A DNA stretch of 64,000 nt, from the NCBI RefSeq assembly GCF_006345805.1, contig NC_043016.1:2852001-2916000 (forward strand). Reading direction: 5' to 3'. The DNA comes from Octopus sinensis (taxonomy: Eukaryota). How positions within the stretch are numbered: the stretch's first letter is position 1; each line of letters opens with the position of its first letter. The notes under the pieces were generated by a model that did not search any database, was not told the DNA's origin, and saw only the letters and a list, made by a program, of their open reading frames with translations. Made by a program: the position numbers and the translations under genes. This document shows, piece by piece, positions 63,527-64,000 of the stretch.

Positions 63527-63681
63527 TAATGAATATGATGAAGATGATGATGATGATGATGATGATAATGATGATGACGATGATGATGATGATGATGACG
63601 ACGACGACGACGATGATGATGATGACGATGATGACGACGATGATGATGACGATGATGATGATGAGGATGATGATAATAATA

Positions 63682-63727
<46 letters not shown>
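63460..63727. repeat. (TAA)n(GAT/GAC)n(TAA)n compound microsatellite
   Basis: Seen directly. Confidence 0.95.
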
Positions 63728-63728
<1 letters not shown>

Positions 63729-64000
63729 GTCATAACCCGGGACAAGGACCGCGTTACCTAGTGTGGAACCAGGCAAGGGGCGAAAATTTTGCTACTGGAA
63801 CAAATTCTCAAAAAAAGATACCAGGTAACTAGAACCAGAATAACCCTAACTCTAGGCCTGTAGTGACACCATCAAAAGTACCACCTAAAGCAAAACGTAT
63901 AAAATGGACTAGAGAGGATTACAGAGATGTGTTGAAAGCTTTCTATACAGCCCATCTAAGCCCAAACAATAACCTCATTGTAAAAGCATATACAACGTGG
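63728..64000 (+). mobile_element. Probable 5' end of another R4/Dong-type element, running off the window
   Basis: Starts directly after (TAA)n; KAKRIKWTREDYRDVLKAFY resembles the R.KWT N-terminal motif of R4/Dong ORFs. Confidence 0.6.

Noticed and set aside
1-64000. Prokaryotic-type systems (operons, CRISPR-Cas, defence islands, rho-independent terminators)
   Set aside because: Coding density is very low and the content is eukaryotic retroelements and microsatellites.

Overview
AT-rich, microsatellite-dense eukaryotic non-coding DNA. The repeat style suggests a coleoid cephalopod (Octopus-like); this is an inference and no database was searched. I can support no intact host gene, rRNA, true tRNA or CRISPR array, and nearly all long ORFs in the track are microsatellite or minisatellite artefacts. 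The window is mostly mobile DNA: four decayed mariners; a near full-length L1/Tx1-like LINE (9621-15554) inside a (TATC)n tract; several R4/Dong-type RLE LINEs in or next to (TAA)n tracts; CR1 and Penelope remnants; three tRNA-derived SINE families (called A, B and C here); a 30-bp minisatellite; and two local rearrangements. Main leads: (1) two divergent Tx1-ORF1-type elements, one apparently ORF1-only with a 15-bp TSD, join the tRNA-like head of SINE-B at the same nucleotide, suggesting a SINE-targeting retroelement family; (2) minimal type I hammerhead-ribozyme motifs with palindromic stem III occur in three unrelated repeats, one with a compensated G3-C8 core and one as the tail of a tRNA SINE; (3) SINE-A shares its 3' stem-loop tail with the Tx1-like LINE.
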